A stretch of 64,000 nucleotides of DNA from an uncultured Gammaproteobacteria bacterium (GCA_964349825.1 CAYGHM010000002.1:620-64619); one strand, 5' to 3'; positions 1 to 7,902 are shown, counted from the first letter of the stretch. The notes: generated by a model not told the origin, from the sequence alone. Translations and numbers: made by a program.

Positions 1-666
1 TATATCAAAGAACATTTCACCAAACCACATCAGGAAATCTGGCGAGAACTAAAAGGAGAATATGTCTATCCGGTGCTTATGGAAGAAAAAAATTCCTATG
101 CCTCAATTTCCAAAACTCGCACCTTTACTCCAGCAAGCAGCAACAAAGATTTTGTCTATGCGCAATTATTAAAAAATGTTGAAAACGCCTGTATTAAATC
201 TCGCCAATACAATCTCGTTGCCAAAAAAATTGTTATCTTCCTAAAAACACAAGACTTTCAGATCCGTGCCCTTGAAGCAACTCTCCCACGTGCATCGGCG
301 TACCCAAATGACCTTGCCCCTATTGTCAAAGAACTATTCGATGTCCTCTACAATCCAAAAACACTGTATCGCACGACCGGTATTACATTGAGCGAGCTCG
401 CCGATCATGTTCAAATACAACAATCCCTTTTTGAACCACAGCACATACTTGAAAAAATGGAGGGTGTCTATGCCAGCATTGATACATTGGCCCAAAAATT
501 TGGCAAGCACACGGTGCATCTCGGCAGCAGCCTCCCCGCTCACGCATTTGATGCCAAAGAAGAAAAACAACAGACAGAAACATCATGGAAAAAACTTTTA
601 CAACTGACCGGAGAAACAGCACGCATGAGATTAAATATACCGATGTTGGCATTGCAATTAAAATAG
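1..666 (+). CDS. Y-family DNA polymerase (DinB/UmuC-like), C-terminal part; the gene starts upstream of the window
   Basis: The frame is open from base 1. The translation ...SISKTRTFTPASSNKDFVYAQLLKNVENACIKSRQYNLVAKKIVIFLKTQDF resembles the little-finger region of Pol IV-type polymerases. The listed ORF 73..666 is only the internal Met. Confidence 0.45.
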   Translation, partial: YIKEHFTKPHQEIWRELKGEYVYPVLMEEKNSYASISKTRTFTPASSNKDFVYAQLLKNVENACIKSRQYNLVAKKIVIFLKTQDFQIRALEATLPRASAYPNDLAPIVKELFDVLYNPKTLYRTTGITLSELADHVQIQQSLFEPQHILEKMEGVYASIDTLAQKFGKHTVHLGSSLPAHAFDAKEEKQQTETSWKKLLQLTGETARMRLNIPMLALQLK

Positions 667-741
667 TCACAAGCATATATAAACACATACACAAACATAT
701 CAAAAGAAAATCACAGCTCTTTACAAGATGTGGCTATCTAC

Positions 742-775
742 AAAAAACTTCCCGATAATATCGGGAAGTTTTTTG
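742..775. terminator. bidirectional intrinsic terminator hairpin between convergent genes
   Basis: aaaaAACTTCCCGATAatatCGGGAAGTTtttt forms a perfect 11-bp stem with an A-run and a T-run on the flanks. Confidence 0.55.
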
Positions 776-798
776 TATTGGTGAATTGTATATGAGAC

Positions 799-1554
799 TT
801 ACTTTATTATTTTTGTTTTATGCACAACAAAAGACCAACCAATATTTACCTGCCGTACCGATTCCAGTCCATATACTTTTATTGCCACAACCACAATATC
901 CCACATCATGCCAAAACGGCGAATTAAGCCGAGTAATAATCCGTATTTTTTCTCCTTAATAATTTGACTCACCCCTGGCATCAATTCAAATCCCATTCCC
1001 CCTGGCATACGCTTCGAAAAATAATTCAATGCAATTTCAATCTGAAAATTTTTCTTAAAGCTTGTAGGTACTTTATACCACAGCTCTTTCGACAGAGCGC
1101 GTTCACCACCGAGAATTGGTGTAAAACGAAGAAGCGCATTCATCCAATATATTTTTCTTTCCCGAACACCAACATACATCGCATATTTCTTGGAAAGAAC
1201 CGGAGCCAAAATTCGATCAATCGCCTGAACATGCAGTCCAATAACATCCGCATCGCAAAAAAATATATACGATGATTTTGCGGCAGACACTCCAGCATTC
1301 ATTGCCGCAGATTTTCCGCAATTTCTTCGTAATTCAATAATTTTTATTGGCTTTTCTGATTGAGCCTTAAGTTCAAAAACCTCCTGAACCGTCCGATCCG
1401 TTGAACCATCATCAACGACAATCACCTCTCGAATCGCATCATGACATAATAAAGCGAGAATAACCTCGCGAATTGTTTTTTCTTCATTAAATGCCGGGAC
1501 AACCGCAGAGACACAACGATACGCATTCATATATATAATGGACAAAATAATCAT
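799..1554 (-). CDS. family-2 glycosyltransferase (dolichyl-phosphate sugar transferase-like)
   Basis: VVPAFNEEKTIREVI...VVDDGSTDRT...FFCDADV carries the DxD-type GT2 signature. The true start may be the internal MNAYR. Confidence 0.7.
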   Translation of the reverse strand: MIILSIIYMNAYRCVSAVVPAFNEEKTIREVILALLCHDAIREVIVVDDGSTDRTVQEVFELKAQSEKPIKIIELRRNCGKSAAMNAGVSAAKSSYIFFCDADVIGLHVQAIDRILAPVLSKKYAMYVGVRERKIYWMNALLRFTPILGGERALSKELWYKVPTSFKKNFQIEIALNYFSKRMPGGMGFELMPGVSQIIKEKKYGLLLGLIRRFGMMWDIVVVAIKVYGLESVRQVNIGWSFVVHKTKIIK

Positions 1555-1674
1555 CTTTCTATTTTTGTTTCTGTTTCTCTATACAGCATAACCCCACTTC
1601 ATCTTCTTGACAAGAGAAGTGATGAATAAAATCTAAAAATTTTGGATTATACAATAATGTTGTATTGACTGTCC

Positions 1675-2478
1675 TTATTTTTTTATAGCATTCATTAACC
1701 CAACAACCAATAACGTAGCCACACCGACCATAACGATCGTTGCTCCAGAAGGAAGATCAAAATAGTAAGAAAGAATAAGACCGAGGATAACAAAAAATAT
1801 ACTTGCAATCACGGAGTACCACTCAAACTGCACAAACGATCGAGAGAGCATTTTTCCTACCGTACTTGGCAAAATAAGAAGACCGCTGACTAGTACAATA
1901 CCCACTACCTTGATTGATAACACAACCGTCACGGCAATAAGAATAGTAAGCAACAGTTCCAACGGCGATCTTTTAATTCCGCTCATTGCCGCTCCCTCTG
2001 GATCAAGCGTAAGAAAAATAAATTGCCGTCTCAAAAGAAGAAGCGTCATAAAAATAAGCACACCAACCACACCCATGACGTAAATATCAACCGTACGTAT
2101 TGCCAGCAAATTTCCAAATAAATAACTCACGAGTTCCGGAACATACCCCTCATAAAACTGAAGTAAAATAATACCGAGTGCCATCCCGGTTACAAAAATA
2201 ACACCAATGGCCGTATCCTGAGAAACATTTTTTGTTTTTCCCAAAAGATGAATACCCGTAGCAATAAAGACACTCGCAACCAATGCGACAGGAAGCGGTG
2301 ACCATCCCAATAAAATTGCCAAAGCAACAGCAGCCAGCGACGCATGTGCTACACCATCCCCAACAAAACTCATTTTTCTTGCAATCGCATAAACGCCGAG
2401 CCATCCCAAAAGCACCGCAATAATAATCCCGGCAATAAACGCGCGTTGCATGAATGGGTAGGTCAATATATCAAACAT
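1675..2478 (-). CDS. znuB: zinc/manganese ABC transporter permease (ZnuB/ABC-3 family)
   Basis: A multi-TM protein, MFDILTYPFMQRAF...GWLGVY..., typical of ABC-3 permeases. It lies in an operon with znuC and znuA. The start was moved to the internal Met at 2478, because the listed N-terminal extension covers a palindromic repeat. Confidence 0.7.
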   Translation of the reverse strand: MFDILTYPFMQRAFIAGIIIAVLLGWLGVYAIARKMSFVGDGVAHASLAAVALAILLGWSPLPVALVASVFIATGIHLLGKTKNVSQDTAIGVIFVTGMALGIILLQFYEGYVPELVSYLFGNLLAIRTVDIYVMGVVGVLIFMTLLLLRRQFIFLTLDPEGAAMSGIKRSPLELLLTILIAVTVVLSIKVVGIVLVSGLLILPSTVGKMLSRSFVQFEWYSVIASIFFVILGLILSYYFDLPSGATIVMVGVATLLVVGLMNAIKK

Positions 2479-2489
2479 AGATGAAGGTG

Positions 2490-2592
2490 ATAGGAAATAC
2501 AGAATAGAGAATGAAGAATAGGGAATAAAATACACACGCTCTTCATTCTATATTCTCTATTCTTCATTCTCTATTCTGTATTCTGTATTCTG
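2490..2592. repeat. long imperfect palindrome built from GAATAGA/GAATGAA heptamer runs (family copy 1), lying between znuC and znuB
   Basis: aggaaatacagaatagagaatgaagaatagggaataaaa...ctcttcattctatattctctattcttcattctctattctgtattctg forms two inverted arms. Confidence 0.6.
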
Positions 2593-2593
2593 A

Positions 2594-3313
2594 TCAATGT
2601 TTATGCTCACAATCATGCGCATAATGTCTCACATGTCCGCCGTACATTTTTTCAATCACATCTGCAGTGAGTACTTTTTTGGGTAACCCGGTACAGAGCA
2701 AACGGCGATTAAGACAAATCACATTCGTCGCATATTGATACACAAAATCAAGTTCATGCGAGATAACAATAATAGTGGTGCCATCTTCATGATTCAAACG
2801 GTGTAATAATTCATACAATGCTTCTTCTCCACCAACATCAATACCACTCGTCGGTTCATCAAAAATTAAAATATCTTTTTTATGTAATAATGCCCGAGCA
2901 ACCAAAATACGTTGCAGTTGACCTCCAGACAATATTCCAAGTCGTTTCTTTTCACTACCCGCCAAGCCAACACGAGACAATGCACGAGAAATCAATCGAG
3001 CATCTCCGCCTTTTGCCAATAACAGAAATTCTTCTACACTAATAGGAATCGTACGATCGACATTAAACCGTTGTGGCACATAGCCAATATTACCCATGAA
3101 CGACACCGGATCTTTTCCATTGATCTGAATTTTTCCTTCGGTTGGATTTTCAAGTCCAATTAACAAAGTTGCAAGTGTCGACTTTCCCGATCCATTTGGC
3201 CCGACCAATGCAACAATATCTCCTTTTTCAATAGTAAAGGAAATATCTTCAAGTGCGACAAAATCACCAAATTTTTTGGTGACGTTTGAAACGCTGATAA
3301 AAGGAGTAGGCAT
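2594..3313 (-). CDS. znuC: zinc ABC transporter ATP-binding protein
   Basis: Walker A GPNGSGKST, ABC signature LSGGQLQR and Walker B ILIFDEPTSGID are present. The start MPTPFISVSNV overlaps the znuA stop (TAAtATG). Confidence 0.8.
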   Translation of the reverse strand: MPTPFISVSNVTKKFGDFVALEDISFTIEKGDIVALVGPNGSGKSTLATLLIGLENPTEGKIQINGKDPVSFMGNIGYVPQRFNVDRTIPISVEEFLLLAKGGDARLISRALSRVGLAGSEKKRLGILSGGQLQRILVARALLHKKDILIFDEPTSGIDVGGEEALYELLHRLNHEDGTTIIVISHELDFVYQYATNVICLNRRLLCTGLPKKVLTADVIEKMYGGHVRHYAHDCEHKH

Positions 3314-3314
3314 A

Positions 3315-4232
3315 TTAATGTGATACAGCGAGCGCCTGTTCCACTTCGCGAACATTTGCCGAAATTAAATCAATATAACTTTCTTTACCATCTTTTCCTC
3401 CCATTTCATCGAGCACACCAATCGCCGCACCAACATCGGCAGCAAACGCATCGAGTCCTGCTCGAGATAACTGTGGTTCGATAAACAAAACACGAATATT
3501 ATAGTCTTTCACTACGCCATGTAGATCAGCTAAATATTGTGGACTTGGTTCTTTGCCAACGAAGGGTTCATACGTAGCGACGACATGTAGATTAAAATGA
3601 TTGGCAAAATAATAAAGTGCGTCATGAAAGGTGAGAATATCACGCTTAGTAAATTCTGCCAATTGATTCTTCCAAAGAATATCTTGTGCTTCAAGTTTGG
3701 TAATGAACTGATCTTTGCGTTCAGTATATGCTTCTTGATGAGAAGGGTCCAATCGAATTAATTCATCCGTAATAGTCGCCGCCATAATTTTGGCATTATT
3801 CGGATCAAGCCAGTAATGCGGATCAACAGCACCTTGCTCTTCTTCGTCTTCGTGTTCATTACGAACGGTTTCACGAAGGGTAATACCTTTATCCATACCA
3901 ATTACCCGCACATTTGGTATCGCCTGCTGAATTGATGCGATCCAATCATCCACACCATACCCAATATTAAATATAATATCAGCACCCTGTAGACCTTTCA
4001 CTGTCTCCGCGGAAATATCAAATGAATGTGGACTGGTTCCAGGAGGGACAATTAATTTCACATCTGCATCCGGTCCAGCAATACTGCGTGTGATATCGTA
4101 GATAGGAAATATAGTCGCAGCAACAACGGTACGATTATTTTCAATAATTACATTTTTAGGAGAAAGAAAAACTACAGCAGTACCTGCGATGACTGCCAAT
4201 ATTCCCAAAATGATATATCCTGTTTTTTTCAT
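3315..4232 (-). CDS. znuA: zinc ABC transporter substrate-binding protein (TroA/ZnuA family), with an acidic/His-rich loop
   Basis: Has a signal peptide or TM, the HYWLDP motif and a NEHEDEEEQGAVDPH loop. It lies in an operon with znuC and znuB downstream of a Fur-family gene. Confidence 0.8.
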   Translation of the reverse strand: MKKTGYIILGILAVIAGTAVVFLSPKNVIIENNRTVVAATIFPIYDITRSIAGPDADVKLIVPPGTSPHSFDISAETVKGLQGADIIFNIGYGVDDWIASIQQAIPNVRVIGMDKGITLRETVRNEHEDEEEQGAVDPHYWLDPNNAKIMAATITDELIRLDPSHQEAYTERKDQFITKLEAQDILWKNQLAEFTKRDILTFHDALYYFANHFNLHVVATYEPFVGKEPSPQYLADLHGVVKDYNIRVLFIEPQLSRAGLDAFAADVGAAIGVLDEMGGKDGKESYIDLISANVREVEQALAVSH

Positions 4233-4238
4233 AAAAAA

Positions 4239-4631
4239 TTATATGGTGCAGGAAGTACACAACCCCGTCATGGTTAAAGAATGGTGAACATGGGAAAATC
4301 CTGAAATCTTTTTAGTTGGCATATCGCATGATATACAATCACTTGCAAGACATTTGGTACAAACAATGTGGTGGTGATGCGCTCCTTCTTGGTGCACTTC
4401 ATAATACTGTTGTCCTTCAAGTTGTGCTGCCCCATGAATAATATCCAGATCAGCCAATAATTCGAGTGTTCGGTAAATGGACACTTTATCCATCTTGGGC
4501 ATCGCTTTCAATATCTGGGCTGCACAAAAAATACCATCATGTTGTTCCACAAAAGCAAATATTTTTTCACGCTGGAGTGTTAATTTGTATCCCGCCTCTT
4601 TTACTTTTTGTTCAATCCAAGATTTGGTCAT
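4239..4631 (-). CDS. zur: Fur-family metalloregulator (likely Zur)
   Basis: DNA-binding N-terminus KLTLQREKIFAFV, an HHHH run and a CxxC...CxxC structural zinc site. It is the first gene of the znu operon. Confidence 0.75.
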   Translation of the reverse strand: MTKSWIEQKVKEAGYKLTLQREKIFAFVEQHDGIFCAAQILKAMPKMDKVSIYRTLELLADLDIIHGAAQLEGQQYYEVHQEGAHHHHIVCTKCLASDCISCDMPTKKISGFSHVHHSLTMTGLCTSCTI

Positions 4632-4775
4632 ATTTTTTATTGAAACTCATTTGCATTTAGATTTTACCGTGAATGACCTCTCCTGTCAAGAGTCTGTACG
4701 TAAAGAGCAAAATATATGATAAAATAAAAGCAGTAGACACAGTTGTGACATTCTCTTAATCTATTACTTCTTTCT

Positions 4776-5153
4776 ATGTCCTCCCCTTCCCTCAAAATTC
4801 TCCGCATCGGTCTCGGTATTACCTTCCTCTGGCTCGGATACCAAATTTGGATGGAGCCACTCGCATGGGGCAGTTTTATGCTTCCTTGGGCACAAGGGCT
4901 GATCCCTGGATCACTTGAATCATTTATGAAATCTACCGCGATTGGTGATATGTTCCTCGGTCTCTGGCTTATCATCGGCTGGCGCGTCTGGATTCCCGCA
5001 CTCCTTGCATCCCTACACCTCATCGGCGTCCTCGTAACCACGACCGGCAGCCTTGAACTCGCCGTACCCCGCGATATTGGACTATTGGCGGGCACCCTTG
5101 CAATACTGGTAGACACATTACCAACCTGGATAAAAAACAAGATGATCAAGTAA
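4776..5153 (+). CDS. small integral membrane protein (DoxX-like)
   Basis: Four hydrophobic segments, LRIGLGITFLWLGYQIW...LHLIGVLVTTTG; the similarity to DoxX is weak. Confidence 0.4.
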   Translation: MSSPSLKILRIGLGITFLWLGYQIWMEPLAWGSFMLPWAQGLIPGSLESFMKSTAIGDMFLGLWLIIGWRVWIPALLASLHLIGVLVTTTGSLELAVPRDIGLLAGTLAILVDTLPTWIKNKMIK

Positions 5154-5155
5154 AC

Positions 5156-5281
5156 AACATACGAATTACGAATCCTCGAAGACTCGGTACGAATAGCGAA
5201 TAATTAAAAGACGTTCTCCTAAGTAGAGAACGTCTTTTTTAGTTTAATTCGTTATTCGGTATTATTCGTAATTCGCATGTT
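5156..5281. mobile_element. MITE-like repeat copy A: 18-bp terminal inverted repeats flanking an internal terminator hairpin
   Basis: Left TIR aacatacgaattacgaat; right TIR attcgtaattcgcatgtt. The interior holds aaaagacgttctc-ctaagta-gagaacgtctttttt. Homologous copies sit at 15770, 30788 and 44953. Confidence 0.55.
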
Positions 5282-5317
5282 GTCATCTCTGGCAATTCAG
5301 GGACAAAACAGGTAATA

Positions 5318-5346
5318 TTGACAAAAGCAGGCAGTCATGATATACT
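5318..5346 (+). promoter_or_regulatory. sigma70-type promoter TTGACA-N17-TATACT (extended -10 TGa) driving GC-rich cassette 1
   Basis: tatTTGACAaaagcaggcagtcaTGaTATACT. Confidence 0.5.
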
Positions 5347-5517
5347 CACCCGTTCTCAAGATAGTGTATCTGAGGTTCTTTGACAACTGAATACCCTCGT
5401 AGCAGGGAGAAACATGCCCACGGACCCCGTGGCATGAGGTTCAAACCCCCATGCCCATTCGCGGGCATTATGTCACTCTCTGTTACAGAACCATTTCCCC
5501 AACACCACGAGGACACC

Positions 5518-6351
5518 ATGACGACGAAACGTACCCTCATCAGTGTGGCGACGGTCGCCATGCTCGCCCTCATCTCGGCTTCGGCATTCGCTGCCAAGCC
5601 CCCCAAGAAGGTCGCACCCTCGAGTGTGGCCGACAACAAGGAGGAGAAAGTTGCTGCTGAAGCGGCCCTGGAGCACCACTCCAAAGGAAACTTCGACAAA
5701 GCCGGCGCGCTCTACGCGGCCGCCTTCGAGAAGTGGAAGCGTGCCACGCACATCTTCAATGCAGCTCGGTGCTACCACAAAGGGAAGATGTTCGTCCGTG
5801 CAGTTCAGCTGTACAACCAGTATCTGGAACTCGCCGACGCGAGTGAAGAAGGCAAAGCTGAGGCGCGGCAGCATATCGCCGCGATCGAAGCTGAAACCGC
5901 CGTCACTACCCCGACCAAACCAGCCACCAGCAAGGAGCCGCCCACTCCGCAACCAGCAGATCCCACCACAACAACGGTGACGATCACCAAGCCCACGCCA
6001 CCATCGGCTCCAGACCGAATTCTCACCTGGAGCATGATCGGCGGAGGCAGTCTCCTGGCCCTGGCTGGAGCTGGCGGTCTCATCACGGCAGAGGCCAAGA
6101 TGACCGACCTCAACGGCAACGGCATGGACTGGGCCACACCCAATGCCCAAGCGACCTACAAGGACAGTGTCTCGGAGGTCAAAACCCTCCGCACCATGTC
6201 CATGGTGGGCGCCGGTATCGGACTCGCGGCTGCAGGCTGGGGCGTCTACCGGTTCTTTACGGAGCCAGAAGCACCTCCGTCGGGAATGCCGACGGTCCAC
6301 CCAACCATCACCCAGGACGGCGCTCGCGTCGTACTGGAATGGAAACGGTGA
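5518..6351 (+). CDS. GC-rich (about 60%) secreted or membrane-anchored protein: signal peptide, TPR-like helical domain, Pro/Thr-rich linker and two C-terminal TM helices
   Basis: SD GAGGA lies 5 nt before the ATG. The protein reads MTTKRTLISVATVAMLALISASAFA...HIFNAARCYHKGKMFVRAVQLYNQYLE...PTKPATSKEPPTPQPADPTTTTVTITKPTPP...LLALAGAGGLITA. Codon GC3 is far above the background. A GC-rich hairpin terminator follows at 6376-6420. Confidence 0.55.
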   Translation: MTTKRTLISVATVAMLALISASAFAAKPPKKVAPSSVADNKEEKVAAEAALEHHSKGNFDKAGALYAAAFEKWKRATHIFNAARCYHKGKMFVRAVQLYNQYLELADASEEGKAEARQHIAAIEAETAVTTPTKPATSKEPPTPQPADPTTTTVTITKPTPPSAPDRILTWSMIGGGSLLALAGAGGLITAEAKMTDLNGNGMDWATPNAQATYKDSVSEVKTLRTMSMVGAGIGLAAAGWGVYRFFTEPEAPPSGMPTVHPTITQDGARVVLEWKR

Positions 6352-6559
6352 CCAAGACAAAACCAAGGAGCACTGAGTGGGGCGGCAGGCTGGATCATCC
6401 AGACCTCGCCGCCCCACTCGGAGATATACACAGAGAGTGACATACCCAAACAATAATATATAACGCATAATAGGCGTTTTTTTATTTGGTAAATTCTGGT
6501 AAACTAGATAAGAATAGAGAATAGTGAATGAAGAATAAAGAATTTAATATTAATAATAT

Positions 6560-7015
6560 ATGGCAAAAATTCCGGCGTTTTCGCTTGCTGATCAGGATGG
6601 GAAAATTCATTCATTGAAAGACTATAAAGGCCAATATCTGCTTTTGTATTTTTATCCAAAAGATAATACGCCAGGCTGCACCACCGAAGCACAATGTTTC
6701 CGTGACCGCATGGGTGAATTTAAAAAACACGGTGTACAAATAATCGGTGTCAGTATTGACGATGAAAAATCACATAAAAAATTTGTTGATAAATATTCAT
6801 TGAATTTTCCACTACTTGCTGATACTGACAAAAAACTCGTATCGGCTCTTGGTCTCTGGGTAGAAAAATCCCTATATGGCAGAAAATATATGGGAACACA
6901 ACGAGATTCATTCCTGATTGGACCAGACGGAACCATTCTCAAACACTATGAAAAAGTAAGTCCGGCGAAACATGTCGATGAAGTGATGGAAGATATAAAA
7001 CAATTAAAAAACTGA
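6560..7015 (+). CDS. bcp: thiol peroxidase / peroxiredoxin Bcp
   Basis: YFYPKDNTPGCTTEAQCFRD is the peroxiredoxin CxxxxC motif. Confidence 0.85.
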   Translation: MAKIPAFSLADQDGKIHSLKDYKGQYLLLYFYPKDNTPGCTTEAQCFRDRMGEFKKHGVQIIGVSIDDEKSHKKFVDKYSLNFPLLADTDKKLVSALGLWVEKSLYGRKYMGTQRDSFLIGPDGTILKHYEKVSPAKHVDEVMEDIKQLKN

Positions 7016-7025
7016 GGCTATAACC

Positions 7026-7301
7026 TCAGTTTTTTAATTTATTTTCTAATGTGTTTTTCAATACCTTACCCAATGTCTCTCTTCCCCTACCAGTTTTGTA
7101 ATAAGACTCCTGATCCCGAGCATCTTGCTCACTTAAAAAAGATTCAGCGTGAATTAACTGAAGAGGGCGTCTGCCCTTGGTGGATGTATTGAGTCCAGCG
7201 TTATGTTGCTCAATTCTTTTTGATAAATCAGTAGTGTAACCGGTATATAATTTTTTATCTTTTAAACTAAACAAAACGTATACATAATACCACATACACA
7301 C
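7026..7301 (-). CDS. GIY-YIG nuclease-family protein
   Basis: YVYVLFSLKDKKLYTGYTTDLSKRIEQHNAG...GRRPL matches the GIY-YIG motifs. Confidence 0.7.
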   Translation of the reverse strand: MCMWYYVYVLFSLKDKKLYTGYTTDLSKRIEQHNAGLNTSTKGRRPLQLIHAESFLSEQDARDQESYYKTGRGRETLGKVLKNTLENKLKN

Positions 7302-7339
7302 CCCTTATTATACAAAAATCCGCCATAAAGGCGGATATG

Positions 7340-7423
7340 TGGGCCGGGCATGATTCGAACATGCGAAGGCGCAAGGCCAGCAGATTTACAGTCTGCCCCG
7401 GTTGACCGCTTCGGTACCGACCC
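7340..7423 (-). tRNA. tRNA-Tyr (GTA), type II with long variable arm
   Basis: The reverse complement GGGTCGGTACCGAAGCGGTCAACCGGGGCAGACTGTAAATCTGC...TGTTCGAATCATGCCCGGCCCA has acceptor, anticodon and T stems that pair, and an anticodon loop CUGUAAA. Confidence 0.75.
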
Positions 7424-7502
7424 ATCTAACTCATTTACAATGACAGCTAGTGATTATTAGTTAACAACGGTTAGTTAGCAATCATTAAATGTCCATTAAT
7501 TG

Positions 7503-7594
7503 TGGGCCGGGCATGATTCGAACTGCGAAGCCCGCCAACGTCGGCGGGCAGCAGATTTACAGTCTGCCCCGGTTGACCGCTTCGGTACCGACCC
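7503..7594 (-). tRNA. tRNA-Tyr (GTA), second copy, with an unusually long GC-rich variable arm
   Basis: Same acceptor, D, anticodon and T arms as copy 1. The variable arm is TGCCCGCCGACGTTGGCGGGCTTCGCA and the total length is about 92 nt. Confidence 0.6.
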
Positions 7595-7688
7595 AAGATC
7601 AATATTCAATTTTCAATTTCTAATTTTTAATTGCATTCCACTTAGCACATAAATGGAAATTGAGAATTGAAAATTGGAAATTTCTAAT

Positions 7689-7764
7689 TGGAGCCAACTC
7701 GGGGATTCGAACCCCGGACCGACGGTTTACAAAACCGTTGCTCTACCAGCTGAGCTAAGTTGGC
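7689..7764 (-). tRNA. tRNA-Thr (TGT), CCA encoded
   Basis: Reverse complement GCCAACTTAGCTCAGCTGGTAGAGCAACGGTTTTGTAAACCGTCGGTCCGGGGTTCGAATCCCCGAGTTGGCTCCA; the acceptor stem is perfectly paired and the anticodon loop is UUUGUAA. Confidence 0.85.
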
Positions 7765-7902
7765 ATAAATTTTAATTGCACACTTCCGGTGTAACCATCG
7801 AAAGCTACCTGTCCCGATGTACTCATCGGGAAGTTGGCATGGTATATTCAAAGAAACAAAAAACGGTGGCCTTATCCCACCGCCTATATGCGCTAATGGA
7901 AC

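Noticed and set aside
5380-5517. N-terminal extension of ORF 5380-6351 (MTTEYPRSREKHAHGPRGMRF...)
   Set aside because: The extension precedes the SD and has no signal-peptide logic. The start at 5518 (MTTKRT followed by a signal peptide) is preferred.
5473-6468. 331-aa minus-strand ORF (plus several other long ORFs in all frames) across GC-rich cassette 1
   Set aside because: The translations are Arg/Cys/Trp-rich and nonsense-like, as expected for out-of-frame ORFs in high-GC DNA. The promoter, SD, signal peptide and terminator all support the plus-strand frame starting at 5518.
7770-7860. Possible additional tRNA or tmRNA upstream of tRNA-Thr
   Set aside because: No cloverleaf or acceptor/T-arm signature could be folded. 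It is more likely the promoter region for the tRNA cluster.
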